Positions 26,461 through 34,656 are shown, numbered from the stretch's first letter. The stretch is DNA of 64,000 bases from Bacillota bacterium (GCA_016281935.1 JAEEJN010000078.1:17059-81058), one strand, 5' to 3'. Numbers and translations: made by a program. The notes: generated by a model not told the origin, from the letters alone.

Positions 26461-27642
26461 TTACAGTTTCGGGCAGAACAGTTCGCGCAGTTCGGCCTTA
26501 TTCAGTTCGGCGCCGATGACGCAGATCTTTCCGATCACGTCGGCAGAGCCGAAACGCACTTCCTTTTCACCGGGCACATAGTCGAAATGGATCCACTGAC
26601 CGTCCGACGCTCTTACCATGCCCTTGGCACGGAGGACCATGCCGAAGCGGCCGGTCACCAGTTCATCCAGGCAGTCCTCGATCGTGGAGGGTTCATACAT
26701 GCGGGTCGTTTCGATCCCCCAGCTGGAGAACACTTCATCCGCATCGTGATCATCGTCGTCGTCATGATGATGGTGATGATGGTGTTCATGCTCATCCTCA
26801 TCGTCATCGTCGTCATGATGGTGATGATGGTGCTCATGTTCATCCTCATCGTCATCGTCGTGATGGTGGTGATGATGTTCATGCTCATCCTCATCGTCAT
26901 CATCGTCATGATGATGGTGATGCTCCTCTTCATCCAGTTCTCCGTAGGGATCGTCACGCTCCACTTCCTCATCGTCATGATGGTGATGATGGTGTACGTC
27001 TTTCGATTTTTCCTCTTCCAGAAGATGAGCGAGTTCGGCGTCCACGGTGTTCCCGTCTTCCATCGTCTTCAGGATCAGACGTCCGTCGAGTTCGTCCCAG
27101 GGAGTAGTGATCAGGGAGGCCGTCGTGTTGACGCCCCGGATCAGTTCGATCGCTTCGTTCAGTTTGCTGTCCTTCAGACCTGCAGTACGGGAAAGTATGA
27201 TGGTCGATGCGAATTCGATCTGATTGCGGTAGAATTCCGCAAAGTTCTTCATGTACATCTTGCACTTGGAAGCGTCGATGACGGTAGTAAACGCATTCAG
27301 GGTGAGCCCTTCGATCTCGGCTCCCTGCACGGCACGGATCACATCGCTCAGTTTGCCCACTCCGGAAGGCTCGATCACAATCCGGTCGGGATTATAATCG
27401 GCTTTGACCTTTTTCAGCGCTTCCCCGAAATCGCCCACGAGACTGCAGCAGATGCAGCCGGAATTCATTTCGGTGATCTGTATCCCAGCCTCCTTCAGAA
27501 ATCCGCCGTCGATGCCGATCTGGCCGAATTCGTTTTCGATCACGACCAGCATTTCGCCCTTATAGGCTTCCTTGATGAGCTTTTTAATCAGAGTGGTTTT
27601 CCCTGCTCCGAGAAATCCGGAAAAAATATCGACTTTCGTCAC
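26461..27642 (-). CDS. COG0523/CobW-family metallochaperone GTPase with a very long His/Asp-rich insert
   Basis: About 393 aa with Walker A GFLGAGKTT and the metal motif GCICCS. A His/Asp/Glu tract of about 90 aa lies before the CobW_C-like tail. I prefer the GTG at 27642 (AGGAGG 10 nt upstream) over the track ATG at 27699. Confidence 0.88.
   Translation of the reverse strand: MTKVDIFSGFLGAGKTTLIKKLIKEAYKGEMLVVIENEFGQIGIDGGFLKEAGIQITEMNSGCICCSLVGDFGEALKKVKADYNPDRIVIEPSGVGKLSDVIRAVQGAEIEGLTLNAFTTVIDASKCKMYMKNFAEFYRNQIEFASTIILSRTAGLKDSKLNEAIELIRGVNTTASLITTPWDELDGRLILKTMEDGNTVDAELAHLLEEEKSKDVHHHHHHDDEEVERDDPYGELDEEEHHHHHDDDDDEDEHEHHHHHHDDDDEDEHEHHHHHHDDDDDEDEHEHHHHHHHDDDDDHDADEVFSSWGIETTRMYEPSTIEDCLDELVTGRFGMVLRAKGMVRASDGQWIHFDYVPGEKEVRFGSADVIGKICVIGAELNKAELRELFCPKL
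26745..26934. repeat. imperfect in-frame tandem repeats (units 51, 48 and 45 bp plus partial copies) encoding (H6-7 D4-5 EDEHE)n
   Basis: Units at 26761-26811, 26812-26859 and 26860-26904 align by eye (gtcatgatg...catcctcatcgtcatcgtc), with partial copies on both sides. The region lies inside the COG0523 gene. Confidence 0.8.
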
Positions 27643-27712
27643 GATATGGAGTCCTCCTGTTCTTTGCCTTGCGCATAACAGTATAACACACGAAGTCAAG
27701 GATTGCCATGTA

Positions 27713-27739
27713 GAAACTGACTGAAATTGTCAGGTTTTC
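27713..27739. promoter_or_regulatory. inverted repeat between divergent promoters (candidate operator)
   Basis: GAAACTGAC-tgaaatt-GTCAGGTTTTC. It lies between the COG0523 operon and the AKR-ferredoxin gene. Confidence 0.3.
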
Positions 27740-27875
27740 TTTGATCCCGTATACCCCGGAATTCTCTGCCAAATATCCCGGCGGGGAATTGAAAATACGG
27801 ACGGAATCCACTATACTCAATATACGCGGCATCTTATACGCAAAAACGTTCTGCCACAACGGGAGAGAGCAATTC

Positions 27876-29018
27876 ATGAAAACAAGAAGGCTTGGAAAAA
27901 CCGATCTTATGGTCAGCGAAATCGGTTTCGGAGGAGAATGGCTGGAACGGCACCCCGAAGACGAATCCGTCGAACTGATCCGATATGCACATACGAAAGG
28001 TATCAATATCATCGACTGCTGGATGGCGGATCCGAAGTCCAGAAGCATCATCGGCCGAGCGATTGCCGACTGCCGGGATCAATGGTATGTCCAGGGTCAC
28101 ATCGGCTCTACCTGGCAGAACGGACAGTATGTGCGGACCCGTGACATGTCTCAGGTCAGACCAGCCTTCGAAGATCTTCTCGAACGCATCGGCGGGGGCT
28201 ATATCGATCTGGGCATGATCCACTATATCGATTCTCAGGAAGACTGGGACCGGAGTATGAACGGTGAATTCATCGAATATGTGAGAAAGCTCCGCCGCGA
28301 GGGACAGATCCGTCATATCGGCCTTTCGACTCACAACCCGCGTATCGCCCGCCAGGCCGTCCTGACCGGCGAAATCGAGATGATCCTGTTCTCCATCAAT
28401 CCCGCTTTCGATCTGAAACCTGCCAGCGAAAACATCGACACCCTCTTCGCGGATTATGATGCTCTGACAGGTGGCGCGGATCCGGAGCGAGCTGAACTGT
28501 ACCGTTTCTGCGAGAGCCATGATGTCGGCCTGACTGTCATGAAAGGCTTTTTCGGAGGCAGGCTCCTCAAAGCCGAAACATCCCCCTTCGGAGCCGCTTT
28601 CACTCCAGTCCAGCTCATCCATTACTCGCTGACCCGTCCTGCAGTCGCTTCCGTTCTCTGCGGATATGACACGCCGGAACAGATCGACGCGGCAGTCGCC
28701 TATGAGACCGCGCGTGAAAGCGAAAAAAACTACGCTTCCGTGATCGCCTCTGCACCGCTTCATGCCTACCGAGGACAGTGCACCTACTGCGGTCACTGCA
28801 GTCCCTGCCCCATGGGCATCGACATCGCGATGGTCAGCAAATTCTACGATCTTGCGTCGGAACAGGAAACTGTGCCCGAAAGCGTACGCGCTCATTATGC
28901 GTCGCTGGTACCGACCGCGGCCGCCTGCATCGGATGCAGATCCTGCGAATCTCGCTGCCCCTTTGACGTTCCCGTCGCGGATCGCATGGAAAAAGCCGCA
29001 GAACTGTTCGGATGCTGA
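27876..29018 (+). CDS. aldo/keto reductase fused to a C-terminal 2x[4Fe-4S] ferredoxin-like domain
   Basis: 380 aa. The AKR N-terminus reads MKTRRLGKTDLMVSEIGFGG. The C-terminal clusters are CTYCGHCSPCP and CIGCRSCESRCP. GGGAGAGAG SD is present. The candidate promoter is TTGAAA-17-TATACT about 60 nt upstream. Confidence 0.85.
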   Translation: MKTRRLGKTDLMVSEIGFGGEWLERHPEDESVELIRYAHTKGINIIDCWMADPKSRSIIGRAIADCRDQWYVQGHIGSTWQNGQYVRTRDMSQVRPAFEDLLERIGGGYIDLGMIHYIDSQEDWDRSMNGEFIEYVRKLRREGQIRHIGLSTHNPRIARQAVLTGEIEMILFSINPAFDLKPASENIDTLFADYDALTGGADPERAELYRFCESHDVGLTVMKGFFGGRLLKAETSPFGAAFTPVQLIHYSLTRPAVASVLCGYDTPEQIDAAVAYETARESEKNYASVIASAPLHAYRGQCTYCGHCSPCPMGIDIAMVSKFYDLASEQETVPESVRAHYASLVPTAAACIGCRSCESRCPFDVPVADRMEKAAELFGC

Positions 29019-29077
29019 TCCGCTCCGGCCTGAAAACAGCCCTGCAGATATATTTGATACAAAGCGCGGATTGAGTC

Positions 29078-29106
29078 TTGACTTCCGGTTTAATTCCGAT
29101 TAAAAT
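29078..29106 (+). promoter_or_regulatory. candidate promoter of sufC-sufBD
   Basis: TTGACT-17 nt-TAAAAT. It leaves a leader of about 95 nt. Confidence 0.6.
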
Positions 29107-29208
29107 AGTCATGATTAAAGGAGCAGACATCTGTCCGTCCTGATATCGATCTGAATACAGTCACGCCGCCGTGTGATTCGGCAGCGTTTTCCCGAAAGGA
29201 GTCATTTC

Positions 29209-29943
29209 ATGCTTGAACTTCAGCATGTATCGTTTCACGTCCATGACGATGCAGGGCATGTGGAAATCCTGAAAGACGTGAGCTTCAAGGTTCCCGAACG
29301 CTGTTTCGTCGTCATCACCGGACCTAATGGAGGCGGCAAATCCACAATCGCCAAGATTATATCCGGCGTACAGAAACCCACCGACGGCAGAATCCTGTTC
29401 AACGGACAGGATATCACGGATATGAGCATCACCGAGCGCGCCAAACTCGGCATCAGCTACGCCCTTCAGCAGCCCGTACGGTTCAAGGGGATCGAAGTCA
29501 TCGACCTTCTCCGAATTGCAGCGGGAAAGCCTCTGAGCGTATCCGCTTCCTGTGATTATCTGTCCAGAGTCGGTCTCTGCGCCAGAGACTATATTTACCG
29601 TGAAGTCAATTCAAGTCTGTCCGGAGGCGAACTGAAACGCATCGAGATCGCGACGGTTCTGGCGCGAGGTTCCCAGCTCTCCGTATTCGACGAACCGGAA
29701 GCAGGCATCGATCTGTGGAGCTTCCAGAACCTCATCCGCGTATTCGAGTCCATGCGCGAATCGATCCAGGACAGCTCCATCCTCGTCATTTCCCATCAGG
29801 AAAGGATCCTTGAGATCGCGGACGAGATCATTGTCGTAGCCGACGGTCAGATCAGCCAGGCCGGTCCCAGAGAGGATATCCTCCCCGGACTCATCGGCAC
29901 TTCTTCGGCTCTTGGCAGCTGCGATATGCTAGAAAGGAACTGA
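29209..29943 (+). CDS. sufC: SufC-like Fe-S cluster assembly ATPase
   Basis: 244 aa with Walker A GPNGGGKST, signature LSGGELKR and Walker B VFDEPEAGID. AAAGGAG SD lies before the ATG at 29209. A SufB/D-family gene follows directly. Confidence 0.8.
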   Translation: MLELQHVSFHVHDDAGHVEILKDVSFKVPERCFVVITGPNGGGKSTIAKIISGVQKPTDGRILFNGQDITDMSITERAKLGISYALQQPVRFKGIEVIDLLRIAAGKPLSVSASCDYLSRVGLCARDYIYREVNSSLSGGELKRIEIATVLARGSQLSVFDEPEAGIDLWSFQNLIRVFESMRESIQDSSILVISHQERILEIADEIIVVADGQISQAGPREDILPGLIGTSSALGSCDMLERN

Positions 29944-29944
29944 C

Positions 29945-30871
29945 ATGGCACAGATAGATACGATTCAGCAGAGGATGCTGATGGAGGTGGCCGACCTTCA
30001 CGAGATCCCCGAAGGAGCCTTCAATATCCGCGCGAACGGCGTCAGCACGGCCAGGCGCAGTACCGCCCATATCGAGATCACTTCCAAACCGGAGGGGGCT
30101 GGAATCGACGTCCGGATCGCTCCCGGAACGAAAAACGAATCCGTCCACATTCCCGTCGTACTGAGTATGAGCGGTCTTCAGGAAACGGTCTACAATGATT
30201 TCTTCATCGGTGAGGACAGCGACGTCCTGATCGTAGCGGGATGCGGCATCCACAATTCCGGAGCCGAAGATTCCGAGCACGACGGTATTCACCGCTTCTA
30301 TGTGGGAAAAAACGCCCGCGTCCGTTATGTGGAAAAACATTACGGAGAAGGAGACGGCACAGGAAAACGCATCCTGAATCCCGGAACGGAAGTCTACATG
30401 GAAGAAGGAAGCTGGGCCGAGATGGAGATGGTACAGATCCGGGGTGTGGATTCCACCGAGAGGATGACGAAAGCAGTGCTGGCCGAAGGCGCGCATCTCG
30501 TCATCAAGGAACGTCTCATGACGCACGGCGAACAGCACGCGGTCTCCACGATCCGCGCGGAACTGAACGGCAAAGATTCCAGCGCCGATATAGTCTCCCG
30601 CTCCGTGGCTCGTGACCGTTCTTTCCAGAAATTCGATGCCTGCATCACCGGCAACGCTCCCTGCCACGGTCATACGGAGTGTGACTCGATCATCATGGAC
30701 GAGGGCAGGATCCTTGCCGTGCCCCAGCTGGAGGCCAACGATCTGAATGCAGAACTGATCCACGAGGCCGCGATCGGAAAGATCGCGGGCGATCAGCTGA
30801 TCAAGCTTATGACTCTGGGTCTCACGGAATCCGAAGCCGAAGAACAGATCATCAGCGGATTCCTGAAATAG
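29945..30871 (+). CDS. SufB/SufD-family Fe-S assembly scaffold protein
   Basis: 308 aa. The beta-helix region and C-terminal block ELIHEAAIGKIAGDQLIKLMTLGLTESEAEEQIISGF are typical of SufB/D. It starts 2 nt after sufC. Confidence 0.85.
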   Translation: MAQIDTIQQRMLMEVADLHEIPEGAFNIRANGVSTARRSTAHIEITSKPEGAGIDVRIAPGTKNESVHIPVVLSMSGLQETVYNDFFIGEDSDVLIVAGCGIHNSGAEDSEHDGIHRFYVGKNARVRYVEKHYGEGDGTGKRILNPGTEVYMEEGSWAEMEMVQIRGVDSTERMTKAVLAEGAHLVIKERLMTHGEQHAVSTIRAELNGKDSSADIVSRSVARDRSFQKFDACITGNAPCHGHTECDSIIMDEGRILAVPQLEANDLNAELIHEAAIGKIAGDQLIKLMTLGLTESEAEEQIISGFLK

Positions 30872-30889
30872 AACGGGATCATATTTACC

Positions 30890-30921
30890 AAAACAGGGAA
30901 AGCAGACGCTTTCCCTGTTTT
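30890..30921 (+). terminator. rho-independent terminator
   Basis: AAAACAGGGAAAGC-agac-GCTTTCCCTGTTTT. Confidence 0.85.
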
Positions 30922-31007
30922 GATATATTGCATCCAAATCCATACCGTAGTATTCTTTTTACGACAAAACCGCACTCAGCCCTGACTGTTATGAAAAGGA
31001 GAAAACG

Positions 31008-32636
31008 ATGTCCCTGGATTTTGATCCTCTGGCACAGCGGTATCCGTCTCAGCGCTTTCCCATATATGCCCGCGGAGGCATGGTCAACTGCTCCAGTCCC
31101 CAGGCTGCCGCTGCCGGGCTGGAAGCTCTCCGAAGCGGAGGCAACGCCATAGACGCCGCTGTTGCGGCTGCTGCCGCGCTCACCGTAACGGAACCGACGG
31201 CAAACGGCATCGGATCAGATGCTTTTGCGATCCTCTGGTCCGTAAGAGACGGAAGACTCTACGGTCTGAACTCATCCGGACCCGCACCTATGCTTGCGTC
31301 GATCGACCGTGTTCTTTCGGACGGGAACGATGCGGATGGAAAAATGCCCGTCCTCGGCTGGACTCCTGTCACAGTCCCCGGAGCACCCAAAGCATGGGCG
31401 GAGCTGACGAAAAGGTTCGGCAGAAGAAGTCTGAGCGAGAACCTGGAGCCCGCTGTCCGCTACGCAAGAGACGGCTACCCCTGTTCTCCCAACCTGTCCG
31501 ACTCCTGGAAAAAAGCTTTCGCATCCTATAAGGCCAGGATGAAAGGCGACGTCTTCACCCCCTGGTTTTCGACTTTCGCTCCTCTCGGAAGGGGATATGA
31601 AGCCGGAGAAATGATCCGGCTCCCGGACCATGCGGCCACACTGGAAGCCATCGGGCAGACGAATGCCGACGCCTTCTACAAAGGCAGCCTGGCAGAAAAA
31701 ATCGACGCGCAGAGCCGGGCTGCAGGGGGATACCTTCGCGCTGAGGATCTGGCAGCCTATGAGCCCGTCTGGACAGAGCCTATCCGCATGAACTACCGCG
31801 GCTATGAAGTCTGTGAGATCCCCCCGAACGGTCAGGGCATCGTTGCACTCATGGCCCTGAATATTCTCAAGGAATTCGAATTCCGCGAGAAGGAATGTGT
31901 CGAGACATATCACAGACAGCTTGAGGCTGTTAAGATCGCTTTTGCGGACGCTCTTGCAAGCGTGACGGATCCTTCCCGGATGACCGTGGATTACCGTTTA
32001 TTCCTCGATCCCGCCTACGGAGCCGCCGGAGCAGCGAAGATCACGGAACATGCTCAGGTCTTCAGTCCCTGCATTCCTCCGAAATCAGGCACGGTCTATC
32101 TGGCCTGCGCGGACGGAGAGGGAAACATGATCTCCTATATCCAGTCAAACTACAACGGATTCGGCTCGGGTATCGTCATCGACGGAACAGGTATCGCCCT
32201 TCAGAACAGGGGTGCTGATTTCTCTCTCGACCCTTTGGCCGCGAACTGCCTCATGCCCGGAAAGAGGACATACCATACGATCATCCCCGGTTTCCTGATG
32301 AAAGACGGGAAACCGGTCGGCCCCTTCGGCGTCATGGGAGGCTATATGCAGCCTCAGGGCCATGTCCAGGTAGTCATGAACGCTGTCGATTTCGGCATGG
32401 ATCCCCAGCAGGCTCTGGATGCTCCTCGCTGGCAGTGGATGCGCGACGGATCCGTGACTGTGGAATCGCGCTTCGATCCCGAAATGGCACGGGCCCTGCA
32501 ACGGAGAGGCCACAAAGTCACGACAGATCTGGCGACCCCCTCTTTCGGCAGAGGACAGATGATCATTCGGCTGGAAAACGGTGTTCTCGTGGGCGGCACT
32601 GAGTCCCGTACGGACAGCAATATAGCCTGTTACTGA
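31008..32636 (+). CDS. gamma-glutamyltransferase-family protein, no signal peptide
   Basis: 542 aa. The N-terminus GGNAIDAAVAAAAALTVTEPTANGIGSDAF and the processing-site context SGTVYLACAD with the GGxxQPQ block fit the GGT family. Confidence 0.9.
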   Translation: MSLDFDPLAQRYPSQRFPIYARGGMVNCSSPQAAAAGLEALRSGGNAIDAAVAAAAALTVTEPTANGIGSDAFAILWSVRDGRLYGLNSSGPAPMLASIDRVLSDGNDADGKMPVLGWTPVTVPGAPKAWAELTKRFGRRSLSENLEPAVRYARDGYPCSPNLSDSWKKAFASYKARMKGDVFTPWFSTFAPLGRGYEAGEMIRLPDHAATLEAIGQTNADAFYKGSLAEKIDAQSRAAGGYLRAEDLAAYEPVWTEPIRMNYRGYEVCEIPPNGQGIVALMALNILKEFEFREKECVETYHRQLEAVKIAFADALASVTDPSRMTVDYRLFLDPAYGAAGAAKITEHAQVFSPCIPPKSGTVYLACADGEGNMISYIQSNYNGFGSGIVIDGTGIALQNRGADFSLDPLAANCLMPGKRTYHTIIPGFLMKDGKPVGPFGVMGGYMQPQGHVQVVMNAVDFGMDPQQALDAPRWQWMRDGSVTVESRFDPEMARALQRRGHKVTTDLATPSFGRGQMIIRLENGVLVGGTESRTDSNIACY

Positions 32637-32660
32637 CAGACACCATCCTGCCCTGCGGCA

Positions 32661-32700
32661 GAAAACGACCGAACGGCATGGCTGCAGCCATGCCGTTCGT
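32661..32700. terminator. bidirectional hairpin between convergent genes
   Basis: GAACGGCATGGC-tgca-GCCATGCCGTTC (12-bp perfect stem). The T-rich flank lies on the minus-strand side. Confidence 0.65.
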
Positions 32701-32753
32701 CCGTCTGAAGCGCAATCGCACCGAAAAAATCAGCGGAACAGCGATTTCTTCCG

Positions 32754-33407
32754 TCACCTGTTTCCTTGTCTGTTCTCAAAGTCTTCGTCTATGGTCCGTC
32801 TCCAGGAAGGATTCATGACACCTGCAGATCGGACCGAAGCGATCGCCTCGCCTACCGCTTTATAGTTCAGCTGAGTCCCTGTTTCATCCGCATGATAATT
32901 GACCGCCCGATCTGCATCGATGCCGTAATGGCCGGCGGTCTCTACAGCGTCCAGGTTGGCGGCAAGGAACAGGAATTCCCATCCATAGCGTGTCTTCTGC
33001 CGTTCGATCATCTCCCTGACTTTCTTCTCACCGTAGTAGCGGCTCGCATTTTCCATGCCATCCGTCATGATGACGAACACCGTGTGCTCGGGTACATCCT
33101 CAGACCGCGCATACTTGTGTACGTTCCCGATATGATGGATTGCTCCGCCGACTGCATCGAGAAGCGCGGTACTTCCGCCGACACGGTAGTTATCCAAAGT
33201 CATGGGTTCGATCCGGTCCAGAGGGACCCGGTCATAAAGGACCCGGCTGTCTCCTGAGAACAGGACAGCGGAGATCAGGGCTTCCCCCTTTTCGTCTTTC
33301 TGTCTCCGGATCATGGAGTTGAAGCCTCCGACGGAATCCGCCTCAAGGCCAGACATGGACCCGCTGCAGTCCAGGATGAATACAAGTTCAGTCAGATCTT
33401 TTTTCAT
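32754..33407 (-). CDS. cytosolic von Willebrand factor A (vWA) domain protein, TerY-like
   Basis: 217 aa with MIDAS motif DCSGSMSG and downstream GGSTAL and TDGMEN blocks. GAGGAGG lies 7 nt before the ATG at 33407. The track start at 33536 is rejected. Confidence 0.8.
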   Translation of the reverse strand: MKKDLTELVFILDCSGSMSGLEADSVGGFNSMIRRQKDEKGEALISAVLFSGDSRVLYDRVPLDRIEPMTLDNYRVGGSTALLDAVGGAIHHIGNVHKYARSEDVPEHTVFVIMTDGMENASRYYGEKKVREMIERQKTRYGWEFLFLAANLDAVETAGHYGIDADRAVNYHADETGTQLNYKAVGEAIASVRSAGVMNPSWRRTIDEDFENRQGNR

Positions 33408-33462
33408 TTTCAAATCCTCCTCACTGATTTCCGCGGTCTGTTTTTTTCCGCAGTCACAGCCT

Positions 33463-33503
33463 AACAGAAAGAAGGAAGGATTTGGTCGCCTGTCAGGCGA
33501 CAA
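33463..33503 (-). terminator. weak hairpin between the macro and vWA genes
   Basis: Minus strand reads GTCGCC-tgaca-GGCGAC followed by a pyrimidine-rich stretch, CAAATCCTTCCTTCTTTCTG. Confidence 0.35.
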
Positions 33504-33510
33504 ATGTGAA

Positions 33511-34563
33511 TCAGCCGCCCAGCAGGGGCTGATCATATTGGAACAAGACCTCGTTCACCTCATGAACATTGTAGATACCGTGATCCAGACAGTAACCCAG
33601 AATGATATCGAAGGGCTGTGCGGGCGAAAGGGCAAAGCCCGCTTTGGCAAGCATCTCGTCCGCATCTTTTCTTGGCAGCTCCAGTGCCAGAGCAAAGGCA
33701 CATACGGTGGGCTTGCTGGGTTTATACAGCGGATTGCTTCGTATCTTGCTGAAAACGCGCCTGTCGATGTTCGCCTTCCTGTAGCATTCGACATCCGTGA
33801 GCCCCGACTCGTCGATTTTGCGCAGCAGCATGCCGGAAAATCCTTCGTCTCCCTTGAGGACGAGTTGAGACCAGTCAAAAGGCTGTTTATCATCGGATAT
33901 GCCTGTCTTCTCGGAGGAAGCATACGGCATCGGCTCCGATACCCTGGGACGCGCTGCCTTCACGGAAGCGAAACCCGCCCCTGCATTCATCGCATCCCGT
34001 CTTCTCGAGCTTTCCATGCGGTCTTCGTGTTCGCGCACGTATGCTTCATCGATCAGAGGTTTCACGTCAGAGAACAGCCTGCTGCTGACTTCATAGGCGT
34101 CTTTGCTGAAGACGACGAGATAGACAGTCATCTCCCCTGATTTCAGAAGCCATTCAGCGATCGTATCGACAGCGATCTTCAGAGCCTCGCTCTTCGGATA
34201 CCCATAGGCTCCCGTCGATATGAGCGGGAAAGCCACGCTGCGCAGTTTGCGGTCTGCAGCGAGCTGCAGGGAATGCCGATAACAGTCCGCAAGCGTTTCC
34301 GCTTCTCCGGAACTTCCGCCCTGCCAGACAGGTCCCACCGTGTGGATCACATAACGCGCCGGCAGACGGTATCCCGGCGTGATCTTGGCTTCACCGGGCA
34401 TGCACCCATTCAGTTTCCTGCACGCTTCCAGAAGTTCCGGCCCCGCTGCCGCATGGATCATCCCGTCGACGCCTCCACCTCCAAGAAGAGAAGAATTCGC
34501 AGCGTTGACGATGGCGTCCACTTTCATTTTTGTCACATCGTTTCGAACGATCTGAAGAGGCAT
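33511..34563 (-). CDS. macro domain (ADP-ribose binding/hydrolase, YmdB-like) fused to a C-terminal XRE-like HTH domain
   Basis: 350 aa. The N-terminal macro motifs read [26 protein letters not shown] and [12 protein letters not shown]. The C-terminal 120 aa have an HTH-like pattern ([18 protein letters not shown]...[13 protein letters not shown]). GGGAGGAAAAA SD is present. Confidence 0.88.
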   Translation of the reverse strand: MPLQIVRNDVTKMKVDAIVNAANSSLLGGGGVDGMIHAAAGPELLEACRKLNGCMPGEAKITPGYRLPARYVIHTVGPVWQGGSSGEAETLADCYRHSLQLAADRKLRSVAFPLISTGAYGYPKSEALKIAVDTIAEWLLKSGEMTVYLVVFSKDAYEVSSRLFSDVKPLIDEAYVREHEDRMESSRRRDAMNAGAGFASVKAARPRVSEPMPYASSEKTGISDDKQPFDWSQLVLKGDEGFSGMLLRKIDESGLTDVECYRKANIDRRVFSKIRSNPLYKPSKPTVCAFALALELPRKDADEMLAKAGFALSPAQPFDIILGYCLDHGIYNVHEVNEVLFQYDQPLLGG

Positions 34564-34597
34564 GACTTTTTCCTCCCGTATACGTCAGTCTGACTGT

Positions 34598-34626
34598 ACT
34601 ATACCAATTCCCGCATCCGCTGGCAA
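34598..34626 (-). promoter_or_regulatory. candidate promoter of the macro-HTH gene
   Basis: Minus strand reads TTGCCA-17 nt-TATAGT. The palindrome GTCAGxCTGAC (34584-34594) sits at the predicted TSS. Confidence 0.6.
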
Positions 34627-34656
34627 CAGCTGTTTGCGCATAGATACTTCCCCGTC

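Noticed and set aside
26745-26934. Possible CRISPR-like or minisatellite array.
   Set aside because: The repeats are contiguous with no spacers, are in frame, and lie inside a well-supported coding sequence. They are codon repeats for His, Asp and Glu. No cas genes are present in the window.
27643-27875. Zur box upstream of the COG0523 operon.
   Set aside because: No sequence resembles the AAATCGTAAT-N-ATTACGATTT palindrome. Only the unrelated GTCAG/CTGAC repeat was found, and it is reported separately at low confidence.
29111-29143. 10-codon mini-ORF (MIKGADICPS) in the sufC leader, and the 10-mer AAAGGAGCAG shared by the sufC (29117) and hsp20 (4551) leaders.
   Set aside because: The mini-ORF has no SD and a poorly placed start relative to the -10 element. 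A single shared 10-mer containing an SD-like core is likely coincidence and cannot be assessed without genome-wide counts.
33408-33536. Upstream extensions of the vWA ORF (to 33536), the MBL ORF (to 41507), the xpt ORF (to 42752), the VOC ORF (from 36867), the AKR ORF (from 27741) and the TPM ORF (from 45550).
   Set aside because: In each case an internal ATG has a strong SD at proper spacing. The extension overlaps an upstream gene or terminator, or adds non-homologous residues.
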